Virus record (IMG/VR): IMGVR_UViG_2630968342_000015
Source of the DNA: a virus
Lineage: Duplodnaviria > Heunggongvirae > Uroviricota > Caudoviricetes
Length of the DNA stretch: 14,640 bases
Reading direction: 5' to 3' (one strand)
Shown: one piece after another, positions 1-6,188 of the stretch
How the letters are laid out: each line of letters starts with the position of its first letter
Position numbering within the stretch: the stretch's first letter is position 1
Notes under the pieces: model-generated
Databases searched by the model: none
The model's input: the letters and a program-made list of their open reading frames with translations, nothing else
What the model was told of the DNA's origin: nothing
Made by a program: the position numbers and the translations under genes

Positions 1-1218
1 ATGAACAAACTGAGCGATACCTTGCTAAGGAAACTTCATGGTAAGCCAGCGGAGAAAAACACGTTTTATAGTGATGGCGGAAACCTGAGCGTGAAATATT
101 TAACATCAGGGAAATTGACCTGGTATTTCACATACAGGGCCGGAACGGGAAGGGAGACACGACCCGAACGCATTAAGCTGGGAAGTTATCCTGATCTGAG
201 CCTGAAAGCAGCCAGGGAAAAAGCCGCACAGTGTCGCACATGGCTGGCTGAGGGGAAAAATCCACGTCATGAGATGAATTACACCGTACAGGAAGCGTTA
301 AAGCCCGTAACGGTTGGCGATGCGCTCACCTACTGGCTTGAGTATTACGTAAAGGAAAACCGCGTGGATTATATCGCCCTGAAAAGGCGACTTAATAATC
401 ACGTAATACAGCAGATTGGTGCTATGCCGCTGGATAAATGCGAGCTACGGCACTGGCTGGCCTGTTTTGACCAGGTGGCAAAGCGAACGCCTGTTACTGC
501 CGGATTCGTGCTACAGGCGTGCAAACAGGCGCTTAAGTTCTGCCGTAGGCGGCGCTATGCAATCAGCAACGTTCTGGACGATCTGAACGTGGCGGACGTT
601 GGGAAAAAACCGGATATAAGCGAACGTGTCTTAAGTAACAAAGAACTTGGCGAATTATTGCAGGCACTGGACAAAAAAATATTCTCCCCTTACTACGTCG
701 CGTTAATCCGCCTCCTGATTGTCTTCGGAGCCAGAACGGTAGAACTGAGGTTATCGGAGATCGGAGAGTGGGATTTTACGGAAATGCTATGGACCGTTCC
801 GAAGGAGCACAGCAAAACGAAGGTCGCAATATTCCGGCCCATACCGGAAGCGATCCTGCCGTTCGTCACGCAGCTGGTGGAGCAGAACAGGCACACGGGC
901 TTATTGCTGGGGGAAGTGAAACAGGAGGCCAGCGTATCGCAGTATGGAAGATTAGCGCACAGGAGGCTTAATCATCCTCACTGGTCACTGCATGACATCC
1001 GGCGCACCTTTACAACCATGCTGAACGATTTAGGCGTTGATCCGCATGTCGTGGAGCAGCTTACAGGCCACCAGATGCCAGGAATGCAGCGAGTTTATAA
1101 TCATTCCCGTTATCTGGATGCTAAACGCAATGCGCTGGATATGTGGACGGAGCGGTTAGGGATACTGGCGGGAACACATGAAAACGTAACCACGCTACCA
1201 GTAGCCAGAAGAAAATAA
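1..1218 (+). CDS. int: P4-family tyrosine integrase (site-specific recombinase)
   Basis: 405-aa ORF. The N-terminus has the P4-type arm-binding pattern (LSDTLLRKL...FYSDGGNLSVKY...W.FTYR...RIKLGSYPDLSLKAAREKA). The catalytic region has ARTVELR, HDIRRT and a C-terminal tyrosine region (RVYNHSRYLD). Confidence 0.95.
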   Translation: MNKLSDTLLRKLHGKPAEKNTFYSDGGNLSVKYLTSGKLTWYFTYRAGTGRETRPERIKLGSYPDLSLKAAREKAAQCRTWLAEGKNPRHEMNYTVQEALKPVTVGDALTYWLEYYVKENRVDYIALKRRLNNHVIQQIGAMPLDKCELRHWLACFDQVAKRTPVTAGFVLQACKQALKFCRRRRYAISNVLDDLNVADVGKKPDISERVLSNKELGELLQALDKKIFSPYYVALIRLLIVFGARTVELRLSEIGEWDFTEMLWTVPKEHSKTKVAIFRPIPEAILPFVTQLVEQNRHTGLLLGEVKQEASVSQYGRLAHRRLNHPHWSLHDIRRTFTTMLNDLGVDPHVVEQLTGHQMPGMQRVYNHSRYLDAKRNALDMWTERLGILAGTHENVTTLPVARRK

Positions 1219-1235
1219 TTTTTTTCGTGTTTTTT

Positions 1236-1251
1236 CAGTATGCGCATACTG
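1236..1251. repeat. 16-bp perfect palindrome CAGTATGCGCATACTG just downstream of int; function unknown
   Basis: Read directly; the sequence equals its own reverse complement. TATGCG recurs at 1254-1259. Confidence 0.9.
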
Positions 1252-1258
1252 GATATGC

Positions 1259-1310
1259 GAACAGATACAACGTGCAACAATGAGCAACAATGCGGAACAA
1301 CTACGAACAA
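1259..1310 (-). repeat. Array of six TTGTTC-like motifs, five of them on a 10-bp phase (minus-strand orientation); candidate protein-binding array
   Basis: The plus strand reads gaacag/atacaa/caacaa/caacaa/gaacaa/gaacaa, with the last five ending at 1270, 1280, 1290, 1300 and 1310. The reverse complement of 1285-1310 matches 6862-6887 at 22 of 26 positions. Confidence 0.7.
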
Positions 1311-1405
1311 GAGGCGAAAAAGTGTACGGATTTATAAGTAGCTGATTTTTAATGTGTTACTGGTTTTTTATACACTAGCGAATCACTCTTTAAATAGCGA
1401 GAAAA

Positions 1406-1440
1406 AAGGCATGAAACAATATTTTATGCCTTTGTATTAA
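1406..1440 (+). terminator. Hairpin downstream of int; probable int terminator, possibly bidirectional
   Basis: AAGGCATGAAA/TTTTATGCCTT forms an 11-bp stem including one G.U that pairs only in plus-strand RNA, with a 5-nt loop. It is followed by TGTATT on plus. On minus it is followed by a better T-run (TTTTCTC). Confidence 0.5.
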
Positions 1441-1502
1441 CATGAATTTAAATGATTTTATCCTGATTATTCCTCTTTCTGTAAACCATGCGACCTCAAC
1501 AT

Positions 1503-1531
1503 TTGCCAACTCTGAATCATCCTGACACAAT
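1503..1531 (+). promoter_or_regulatory. Candidate sigma70 promoter for alpA (TTGCCA-17 bp-CACAAT)
   Basis: Hexamers and 17-bp spacing read by eye, about 60 bp upstream of the alpA GTG. No other support. Confidence 0.3.
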
Positions 1532-1592
1532 CAGACACATCCCAACGCAATAGAACACGAAATAACTCTTTAAGAAACGAAAGGGGGCAATA

Positions 1593-1781
1593 GTGTTAAG
1601 CACTGATCGGTTTATACGTGAAAAAGAATGCGAAAAGCTAACAGGCCTTAGCCGCTCATGCCGCTACCGCCTGGAAAAGGCCGGACAATTCCCATCACGT
1701 CGTAAACTTAGCGGTCGTTCCGTTGGCTGGTCTTTATCCGAGGTTCTGGCCTGGAAGGATAGCTGCAAGGCAGTTCATTAA
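1593..1781 (+). CDS. alpA: AlpA-family (MerR-like wHTH) regulator/excisionase
   Basis: 62-aa ORF with a GTG start 5 nt after AAGGGGG. Matches the Phage_AlpA pattern (EKLTGLSRSCRYRLEKAGQFPSRRKLSGRSVGWSLSEVLAW). Sits downstream of int as in P4-like islands and PICIs. Confidence 0.85.
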   Translation: MLSTDRFIREKECEKLTGLSRSCRYRLEKAGQFPSRRKLSGRSVGWSLSEVLAWKDSCKAVH

Positions 1782-1927
1782 TCACGCTGGCGGCACGCAG
1801 CCGCCACACATCAATCATCTGAACACAGAGCTATAACCATGAAGATTGAATATACGCCAGAACGTGGGCGGGGATTCGTTCGCCCTGGTGAAACTGAAAA
1901 ACAACAAAATTGGGGTTTTTCAGGTAT

Positions 1928-1956
1928 AAAAAAAGCGGCCCCGAAATGGAGCCGCC
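1928..1956 (-). terminator. Rho-independent terminator for the leftward Arc-like operon
   Basis: Minus strand: GCGGC..GCCGC stem extended by CC/GG, followed by TTTTTTT (plus-strand A-run 1928-1934). Lies about 95 nt past the stop of the 2051-2224 ORF. Confidence 0.6.
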
Positions 1957-2050
1957 TTTCTGAACAGATAACCCGCTGCGCCGTTTGTGTGTGTGATCCC
2001 AAACATAAGCACGGGGATGATAGCCGCTATCAGGCTGGTGGGCAATGCAA

Positions 2051-2224
2051 TCAGTCTGGTTCAGTTCGTTGCCATACCTGCAATGAGCGCTTTTCCCTGT
2101 ACTCTTTAAGGAATTGCTCAAGGGCAAAAGCACATGGTGCGAATCTTTCTGATTCATGCTCTATCTTTCTGCGCCGTCTTTTCCGTGCCGGTGATAATGT
2201 TTTGGTCAATTCTTTATCGGTCAT
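2051..2224 (-). CDS. Hypothetical small basic protein (57 aa), second gene of the Arc-like operon
   Basis: ORF with AGGA 7 nt upstream of the ATG at 2224; the ATG at 2239 lacks a well-spaced SD. Has an RKRRRRK stretch and a helical C-terminus (FALEQFLKEYREKRSL). No family recognised. Confidence 0.4.
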   Translation of the reverse strand: MTDKELTKTLSPARKRRRRKIEHESERFAPCAFALEQFLKEYREKRSLQVWQRTEPD

Positions 2225-2281
2225 TGTGTTGTCCTGCATAGCAATGCGCCGTAATACCTCACACCACGGCGCTGATAGTTT

Positions 2282-2473
2282 TTATCCTTTGGGTTCTATA
2301 CCGCGCCGCTTTAGTTCAGTACGCCCCAACTCTTTAAGCCAGTTGGCTAGGCTTATGCCGTCGCTCTGTGCTTCTTTATCGAATTGCTCTTTTAGCTCTG
2401 GAGAAATTCGCATTCTGAATTGTGGGGATTGCCCGTCCCCTTTAGGGCTTTTATCGCGTTTGATTGTTGACAA
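2282..2473 (-). CDS. Arc/Mnt-family ribbon-helix-helix DNA-binding repressor
   Basis: 63 aa, TTG start with AGGTGA 4 nt upstream. SPQFRMRISPELKEQFDKEAQSDGISLANWLKELGRTELKRRGI aligns by eye with P22 Arc (PQFNLRWPREVLDLVRKVAEENGRSVNSEIYQRVMESFKKEGRI). Confidence 0.65.
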   Translation of the reverse strand: MSTIKRDKSPKGDGQSPQFRMRISPELKEQFDKEAQSDGISLANWLKELGRTELKRRGIEPKG

Positions 2474-2518
2474 GTGGTCACCTATTGAATTAGCCTTTCT
2501 ATTGTTAGGTGGTCACCT
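2474..2518. promoter_or_regulatory. Two copies of GTGGTCACCT (palindromic GGTNACC core), each preceded by ATTGTT; candidate operators
   Basis: Copies at 2474-2483 and 2509-2518, 35 bp apart, in the gap between the leftward RHH gene and the rightward operon. The first copy overlaps the RHH SD. Confidence 0.5.
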
Positions 2519-2534
2519 TAACACAAGAGCACTT

Positions 2535-2578
2535 AAAAAAGCAAAGCCCCGCAAGTGTCATTACCACTCGCAGGGCTT
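2535..2578 (-). terminator. Strong minus-strand rho-independent terminator
   Basis: Arms 2545-2557 and 2565-2577 with a 7-nt loop. Plus-strand RNA has two C.A/A.C mismatches that become G.U wobbles in minus-strand RNA, giving 13 uninterrupted pairs. Followed on minus by TTGCTTTTTT. Confidence 0.7.
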
Positions 2579-2616
2579 CTAACCAACAACGTAAACTAGG
2601 AGCCGTTATGGTTGCT
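2535..2616 (-). ncRNA. Candidate ~80-nt cis-antisense RNA covering the SD and ATG of the Icd-like gene (predicted, unverified)
   Basis: The terminator above, plus an extended -10-like TGGTATATG on minus (plus coordinates 2623-2631). The transcript would be complementary to AGGAG (2598-2602) and the ATG at 2608. Confidence 0.3.
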
Positions 2617-2805
2617 GTAAATCATATACCACACCTTGTACACACACAAACGGCCTTTGTGTGGCGTTTTCTGGCACTGAGTGCCGGAGAATCTCAAATC
2701 ATCCACGTAACCGCCTGGACGGAACGCGAAGCGCGTAGCCGTTGCCCGTCCGGTTGTGTTGCTGTATTCGCCGCCCGTATTCGTCAGGGGGGGTGCCATG
2801 CCTGA
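2608..2805 (+). CDS. Icd-like small protein (P4-type host cell division inhibitor family), first gene of the rightward operon
   Basis: ATG 5 nt after AGGAG; 65 aa. The pattern FVWRFLALSAG...IIHVTAWTEREARSRC...VAVFAARIRQ resembles Icd-like proteins of P4-like prophages, from memory. The ORF-track start at 2509 is an upstream extension. Confidence 0.5.
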   Translation: MVAVNHIPHLVHTQTAFVWRFLALSAGESQIIHVTAWTEREARSRCPSGCVAVFAARIRQGGCHA

Positions 2806-3118
2806 CATGACCAATTACCAGTACCTGATTAATCCGCATTTTAACTGTGAGCATGATATTGCTAAAAAGGTTTATTCCGCTGCGGATGGGGCTACTGACA
2901 ATATATCAATGGCTGTTGCGTCAATTGGTAGCCTGATGTGGCATGCGTCAGAAAATGAGGACTATGACGAAAAGGCCATGCGCATTGATATGGGTAATAT
3001 TGGTTTGTTACTGGCAATGCTTGGACATTTTGATATTTCGTTACGGTGCACCATTGGAAATGCCACAGATGCATTAAATGCTATAAAGAAAGCGAATACT
3101 GATTCAAATCGGGGATAA
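2798..3118 (+). CDS. Hypothetical protein (106 aa)
   Basis: ATG at 2798 follows a G-rich SD and overlaps the previous stop. Ordinary protein-like composition; no family recognised. Confidence 0.6.
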   Translation: MPDMTNYQYLINPHFNCEHDIAKKVYSAADGATDNISMAVASIGSLMWHASENEDYDEKAMRIDMGNIGLLLAMLGHFDISLRCTIGNATDALNAIKKANTDSNRG

Positions 3119-3124
3119 ATAATC

Positions 3125-3424
3125 ATGAGAACGTATTTATCTGGCTTTACTGCCAGCGGTTATGCACACCCCAAAATTATCCCCGGCGCTATTTATCTGG
3201 ATAAGAACGGTAACAGAGTAACGGTAAAAGAACTGATGTTTGACCGTGTGTATTTTATTCGTGATGGCTATTCATTTCATAGTTCGCTGAACGTGGAGAT
3301 CTTTATTAGCAGATTCCGGCGGGAAATCCCGCTTTCCAGAAATAACCATGTGTCATGTATGGATGTTGATAAAAAACTACAGGAACTGAAAAACATGATT
3401 GCCGCGTGGAGAGAGCAGAAATGA
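3125..3424 (+). CDS. Hypothetical protein, possibly DUF4222-like
   Basis: 99-aa ORF. GAIYLDKNGNRVTVKELMFDRVYFIRDGY resembles small DUF4222 proteins found upstream of primases in enterobacterial islands (recall only). Confidence 0.55.
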   Translation: MRTYLSGFTASGYAHPKIIPGAIYLDKNGNRVTVKELMFDRVYFIRDGYSFHSSLNVEIFISRFRREIPLSRNNHVSCMDVDKKLQELKNMIAAWREQK

Positions 3425-5238
3425 AAAAAGCGCCAAATTTAAAACACCAGCCGCGTGACAAAATGACGGAAGTCATCATTTTTGCGGGTAGTGATGCGTG
3501 GGCACATGCGAAGCAGTGGCAGGAACAGGACGGGCGACTGGCTGGCGATAACGTGCCACCTGTCTGGCTTGGAGAGCAACAACTTGCCGAACTGGACAAC
3601 CTGCAAATCGTACCGGACGGACGCTATCGCGTGCGTCTCTACCAGGCGGGGTTATTGCGTCCGGGGCTTGTTAATACCATCGGGCAGAAACTGGCAGCGG
3701 CAGGTGTCAGGGATGCTGATTATTACCCTGAAGGAATGCACAGCCAGAAACGGGAGAACTGGCGCGAATATCTGGAACGTGAGCGGGGAGAGCTGGCGGA
3801 AAAGAAAAAGGTAGTTGAACTGCCTGTAAAGAAAAAAGAGCGGGTAAAAGACGATAACGCTTCATCACTGGCGCTTAACCAGATGGGAGCAAGTCAACGC
3901 GGCGAAGTTCTCCTGGCACATTATGGCGGTGAACTGGCGATTCATGCTGACTCTGACACTGTTCACTATTACAACGGCGTTGTATGGGAGCCAGTACAGG
4001 ATAAAGAATTACAGCGAGCTATGGCGCAGATTTTCATTGATGCGGAGATCAGCTATTCGCAGAACGCCATTAAATCGGCGGTCGATACCATGAAGTTAAG
4101 TTTGCCTGTAATGGGGAATACAGCCCGTAACCTGATTGGATTCAGTAACGGTGTTTTTGATACCCGGACAGGCGATTTTCGGGAGCATAACAAAAACGAC
4201 TGGTTGTTAATTGCCAGTGAATTACCTTTCAGCCCACCAGCAGAGGGGGAAACGCTGGCAACACATGCGCCGAATTTCTGGAAGTGGTTACGCCGTTCGG
4301 TGGCTGAGAATGACCGCAAGGCGGATCGCGTACTGGCTGCATTATTCATGGTGCTGGCGAACCGGTACGACTGGCAGTTATTCATTGAGGTAACAGGTCC
4401 AGGGGGAAGTGGTAAAAGCGTGATGGCGGAGATTTGCACCATGCTGGCGGGTAAGGCCAACACGGTATCGGCAAGCATGAAGGCGCTGGAAGATGCCAGG
4501 GAACGCGCGTTAGTGGTTGGCTTTTCGCTGATTATCATGCCGGATATGACCCGTTACGCTGGTGATGGCGCAGGAATTAAGGCCATTACAGGCGGTGACA
4601 AGGTGGCAATCGACCCGAAGCATAAAGCCCCCTACTCAACACGCATTCAGGCGGTAGTGTTGGCGGTGAACAATAACGCCATGTCATTCAGTGACCGCAG
4701 CGGGGGGATTTCACGTCGTCGGGTGATATTCAATTTTTCGGAGGTTGTACCGGAAAACGAACGCGACCCCATGCTGGCAGAAAAAATAGAAGGAGAGCTG
4801 GCGGTTGTGATTCGCCACCTGCTTACTCGTTTTTCTGACCAGGACGCAGCTAAACGCCTGCTGTATGAGCAGCAGAAATCAGAAGAAGCTCTGGTGATAA
4901 AACGCGAGGGCGATTCGCTGGTGGACTTCTGCGGCTATCTCATGTCGTCGGTAATGTGTGATGGTCTGTTAGTGGGTAATGCCGAAATTATTCCGTTCAG
5001 TCCGCGCAGGTATCTTTATCACGCCTATCTGGCATATATGAGGGCACACGGATTCGGTAAACCTGTAACACTGACGCGCTTCGGTAAAGATATGCCGGGG
5101 GCAATGGCGGAATATGGCAGGGAGTATATGAAACGGAAAACGAAGCACGGTTTGCGTTCAAACGTGACACTGACGGAGGAATCAGAAGACTGGATGCCAT
5201 CATGTGTATCGGTCACTAATGACGATAGCAAAAATTAA
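3421..5238 (+). CDS. P4-alpha/D5-type primase-helicase (SF3 helicase with a C-terminal origin-binding region)
   Basis: ATG at 3421 (GGAGAG 7 nt upstream) overlaps the previous stop. Walker A GPGGSGKS at 4396-4419 and Walker B-like LIIMPD. Overall resembles the P4-family primase C-terminal domain. An iteron origin lies immediately 3'. Confidence 0.9.
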   Translation: MKKAPNLKHQPRDKMTEVIIFAGSDAWAHAKQWQEQDGRLAGDNVPPVWLGEQQLAELDNLQIVPDGRYRVRLYQAGLLRPGLVNTIGQKLAAAGVRDADYYPEGMHSQKRENWREYLERERGELAEKKKVVELPVKKKERVKDDNASSLALNQMGASQRGEVLLAHYGGELAIHADSDTVHYYNGVVWEPVQDKELQRAMAQIFIDAEISYSQNAIKSAVDTMKLSLPVMGNTARNLIGFSNGVFDTRTGDFREHNKNDWLLIASELPFSPPAEGETLATHAPNFWKWLRRSVAENDRKADRVLAALFMVLANRYDWQLFIEVTGPGGSGKSVMAEICTMLAGKANTVSASMKALEDARERALVVGFSLIIMPDMTRYAGDGAGIKAITGGDKVAIDPKHKAPYSTRIQAVVLAVNNNAMSFSDRSGGISRRRVIFNFSEVVPENERDPMLAEKIEGELAVVIRHLLTRFSDQDAAKRLLYEQQKSEEALVIKREGDSLVDFCGYLMSSVMCDGLLVGNAEIIPFSPRRYLYHAYLAYMRAHGFGKPVTLTRFGKDMPGAMAEYGREYMKRKTKHGLRSNVTLTEESEDWMPSCVSVTNDDSKN

Positions 5239-5250
5239 ACTTATGGAATA

Positions 5251-5475
5251 ACTGTTCACCACTGTTCACCCTGTCATAAATATCTTTTGTATCAGTATGT
5301 TATAGGGTGAACAGTTATTTATGAACTGTTCACCAAACTATTCACTGTTCACCTTTTTGATTGTTTATTGAGCTTCAAGGGTGAACAGTGGTGAATAGTT
5401 GGTGAATAGTTTTTGTGAAACTGTTCACCCCTTAATATTATGAATTAAAAGATAAAATATCAAAAGGTGAACAGG
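5251..5475. repeat. Origin of replication: about 11 copies of the 10-bp iteron ACTGTTCACC in both orientations around AT-rich DNA
   Basis: Plus-oriented copies at 5251, 5261, 5325, 5344 and 5420, with a degenerate one at 5337. Inverted copies (GGTGAACAGT/GGTGAATAGT) at 5306, 5380, 5390, 5401 and 5466. AT-rich stretch at 5430-5465. Confidence 0.8.
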
Positions 5476-5525
5476 TGAAGGGTTAAAACGCAAAAATTTT
5501 AATTTACTGCTGTGAGATAAAGCCT

Positions 5526-5771
5526 ATGACAGCGAAGCACACAAAAAAATCACAATCGCACGCCCTTGATTTGACGGAACACTGGTTAAGGGTGTCGATA
5601 AAAATCATCGACCGCAACGCCGGGGAAGGATATGCGAAAGCACATCCCGAACTGATTAGCTCATTCATGACAACGGCAGCTGCAAACTTTGCCACGCTGA
5701 CAGAACGGGAGATTGCCGAAGCGGAACAGGTGACAACCATCAACGTTAAAACCGGAGAGCAGACAGCATGA
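5526..5771 (+). CDS. Hypothetical protein (81 aa)
   Basis: ORF whose stop overlaps the ssb start (ATGA). No family recognised. Confidence 0.55.
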   Translation: MTAKHTKKSQSHALDLTEHWLRVSIKIIDRNAGEGYAKAHPELISSFMTTAAANFATLTEREIAEAEQVTTINVKTGEQTA

Positions 5772-6178
5772 CAGCACAGATAGCAGCTTACGGGCGGCTG
5801 GTGGACGACCCGCAGGTAAAACAGACCAGTAAGGGCACACCGATGACGCTGGCGCGTATGGCGGTATCGTTGCCATGTAGTCAGGCGCAGGATGGGCAGG
5901 CGACGTTATGGCTATCGGTCATCGCATTTGGTAAGCAGGCCGACTTCCTGGCTAAACATCAAAAAGGCGACGTTGCCAGCGTATCCGGCACGATGCAGGT
6001 CAGCCAGTGGACCGGACAGAACGGGGAAACGCGGCAGGGTTATCAGGTTATTGCAGACAGCGTAATCAGTGCCCGTGCGGCACGTCCTGGCGGGAACAGA
6101 CGCAAAACCACAGGCACACAGGGTAATCAGCCACCAGCGGGAGGCGATGACCCTTACGGTGACGGTATTCCGTTCTGA
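5768..6178 (+). CDS. ssb: Single-stranded DNA-binding protein
   Basis: 136 aa. OB-fold-like N-terminus (YGRLVDDPQVKQTSKGTPMT...ATLWLSVIAFGKQA), Gly/Pro/Gln-rich linker, and the canonical acidic C-terminal tip DDPYGDGIPF. Confidence 0.85.
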   Translation: MTAQIAAYGRLVDDPQVKQTSKGTPMTLARMAVSLPCSQAQDGQATLWLSVIAFGKQADFLAKHQKGDVASVSGTMQVSQWTGQNGETRQGYQVIADSVISARAARPGGNRRKTTGTQGNQPPAGGDDPYGDGIPF

Positions 6179-6188
6179 GGGGGTGGCG

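Noticed and set aside
1400-1486. A ~50-nt minus-strand sRNA from a TTTACA-17-GATAAA promoter (plus coordinates 1480-1485 and 1457-1462), ending at the 1406-1432 hairpin
   Set aside because: The hairpin's G.U pair exists only in plus-strand RNA and becomes a C.A mismatch on minus, so it is more likely the int terminator. The promoter call alone is too weak.
1831-2157. 108-aa minus-strand ORF
   Set aside because: It spans the minus-strand terminator at 1928-1956, overlaps the better-supported 2051-2224 frame, has no SD, and has unconvincing composition.
1839-2582. Long 247-aa plus-strand ORF between alpA and the Icd-like gene
   Set aside because: It has Ser/Arg/Cys-rich, low-plausibility composition. 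It runs straight through a terminator, the operator region and a leader hairpin. It is exactly antisense to two better-supported minus-strand genes, one of which is clearly Arc-like. I treat it as a shadow ORF.
3958-3967. Iteron-like ACTGTTCACT inside the primase-helicase gene
   Set aside because: It is a single 9-of-10 match within coding sequence, with no neighbouring copies, and is consistent with chance.
4053-4538. Antisense ORFs inside well-supported genes (4053-4538 minus; also 7624-7944, 8425-8712, 10489-10803 and 10899-11312 minus; 3482-3814 plus)
   Set aside because: They lie opposite or out of frame within genes that have strong family signatures, and they have Ser/Arg/Cys/Pro-rich shadow-frame composition.
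5251-5475. Possible CRISPR array, because of the short repeated 10-mers
   Set aside because: The repeats are only 10 bp, occur in both orientations with irregular short spacing, and sit directly 3' of a replication initiator gene. They are ori iterons, not CRISPR repeats, and no cas genes are present.
6069-6188. Upstream extensions of track ORFs (6069, and likewise 2509, 2756, 3406, 6508 and 10040)
   Set aside because: Each extension overlaps the preceding gene in another frame and lacks an SD. Internal ATGs with SDs or ATGA/TGATG coupling give the family-typical N-termini.
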